A stretch of DNA of 64,000 nucleotides from Thiohalomonadales bacterium (GTDB lineage: Bacteria > Pseudomonadota > Gammaproteobacteria > RBG-16-57-12), in the NCBI GenBank assembly GCA_050295955.1, contig JBNKQQ010000033.1:76988-140987 (forward strand), written 5' to 3'. Of this stretch, positions 63,480 to 64,000 are shown one piece after another. Position numbers and translations under genes: made by a program. The notes under the pieces are model-generated. The model saw only the letters and a program-made list of their open reading frames with translations. It was not told the DNA's origin and did no database searches. Every line of letters begins with the position of its first letter. Positions within the stretch are counted from its first letter, which is position 1.

Positions 63480-64000
63480 ATGGGGGGCGTACGGATAACG
63501 GCACCACTGCTAGTTTGCTGGCAACGCCCGTGGTTGATGTTCCTGTTGCTGCAGCTGCTGATTATTGGCTGTTATCTCCCTGGTCTATCTGGGGACTTTT
63601 TTATCGATGACCGGGGCTATACCCTCAATAACCCAGCCATTACAGATACGCCTATTGCGCAGTTCTGGCAGCTTTTTACCACTATGCCGGAGATGGAGTA
63701 TCTGCCAATACGGGATCTCAGCTATCTGCTGGATTATCAACTGTTCGGTGATAATCCTTTTGGCTACAAGCTACATAATTTTCTGCTTTTCCTTTTGTTG
63801 ACGCTGGCAGTTTGGCTGTTTTCTCGGCGTCTGCTGCAACTGTTGATCCCCCTGCAGCCCTATCTTTTCCAGCTTGCCTTGGTATTAACCGCGCTCTATA
63901 TGCTGCACCCTTCCCACGTGGAGAGTGTCAGTTGGATCGCTGGAAGAAAAGATCTGCTGGCAGCACTCTTCTGTTTTCTTTCCCTATGGCTATTTGCTAT
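63480..64000 (+). CDS. PMT_2/DUF1736-type membrane protein, probably TPR-containing glycosyltransferase-like (3' truncated by window end)
   Basis: It is an open frame not in the ORF track, because no stop is reached before the window end. It has the typical N-terminus LPGLSGDFFIDDRGYTLNNPAI...LGY.L.N...H, and an alternative start at 63528. Confidence 0.5.
   Translation, partial: MGGVRITAPLLVCWQRPWLMFLLLQLLIIGCYLPGLSGDFFIDDRGYTLNNPAITDTPIAQFWQLFTTMPEMEYLPIRDLSYLLDYQLFGDNPFGYKLHNFLLFLLLTLAVWLFSRRLLQLLIPLQPYLFQLALVLTALYMLHPSHVESVSWIAGRKDLLAALFCFLSLWLFA

Overview
The window looks like a gammaproteobacterial chromosome segment from the origin-proximal region; I would guess Pseudomonadales/Oceanospirillales-like gene order, but I cannot verify the taxon. 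Bases 1–12,413 are conserved core: the 3' end of rsmG, then parA, parB, the ATP synthase operon (atpZ-like, atpI, atpB, atpE, atpF, atpH, atpA, atpG, atpD, atpC), glmU and glmS. Immediately after the glmS terminator, which is the classical attTn7 neighbourhood, a mosaic accessory region runs to about 46.6 kb. It is visibly lower in GC in places and is built from small cassettes, each flanked by its own pair of direct repeats. In order it contains: (1) a class-II Fic AMPylase cassette bracketed by two ~115-bp copies of the glmS terminator region; (2) a ~5.5-kb unit bounded by ~250–290-bp imperfect inverted repeats that carries a 1257-aa protein (Mrr-like nuclease, P-loop/STAND-like NTPase and a long helical C-terminus, so Avs-like) and a short FimB/E-like tyrosine recombinase; (3) a glutaredoxin-like cassette flanked by a third copy of the element's terminal sequence; (4) cytochrome c' plus cytochrome b561; (5) a large S8 subtilisin with beta-propeller-like repeats; (6) a copper module of DUF2231, a MerR-family regulator and a CopA P-type ATPase, with a textbook MerR dyad operator; (7) a sulfatase; (8) a ParD/ParE toxin–antitoxin cassette flanked by duplicated copies of the sulfatase 3' end; (9) an XRE-family regulator; (10) an AAA ATPase plus RloB-like (OLD/TOPRIM-like) pair; (11) a small secreted-protein cassette with 50-bp direct repeats; (12) a fused nucleotidyltransferase–HEPN protein; (13) several secreted, lipoprotein and TPR proteins of unknown function. 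Core genes resume with cysN, cysD, a beta-carbonic anhydrase, a YihY-family protein, patatin, ppa, dapF, DUF484, xerC, a GT-C-like membrane protein, hslV, hslU, DUF971, ubiE, an RDD protein, ubiJ, ubiB and a partial PMT_2/TPR-type protein. Two REP-like palindrome families are scattered through the window. The strongest candidate for a new system is the inverted-repeat-bounded STAND-NTPase plus recombinase unit, in the context of cassette accretion at the glmS 3' site.
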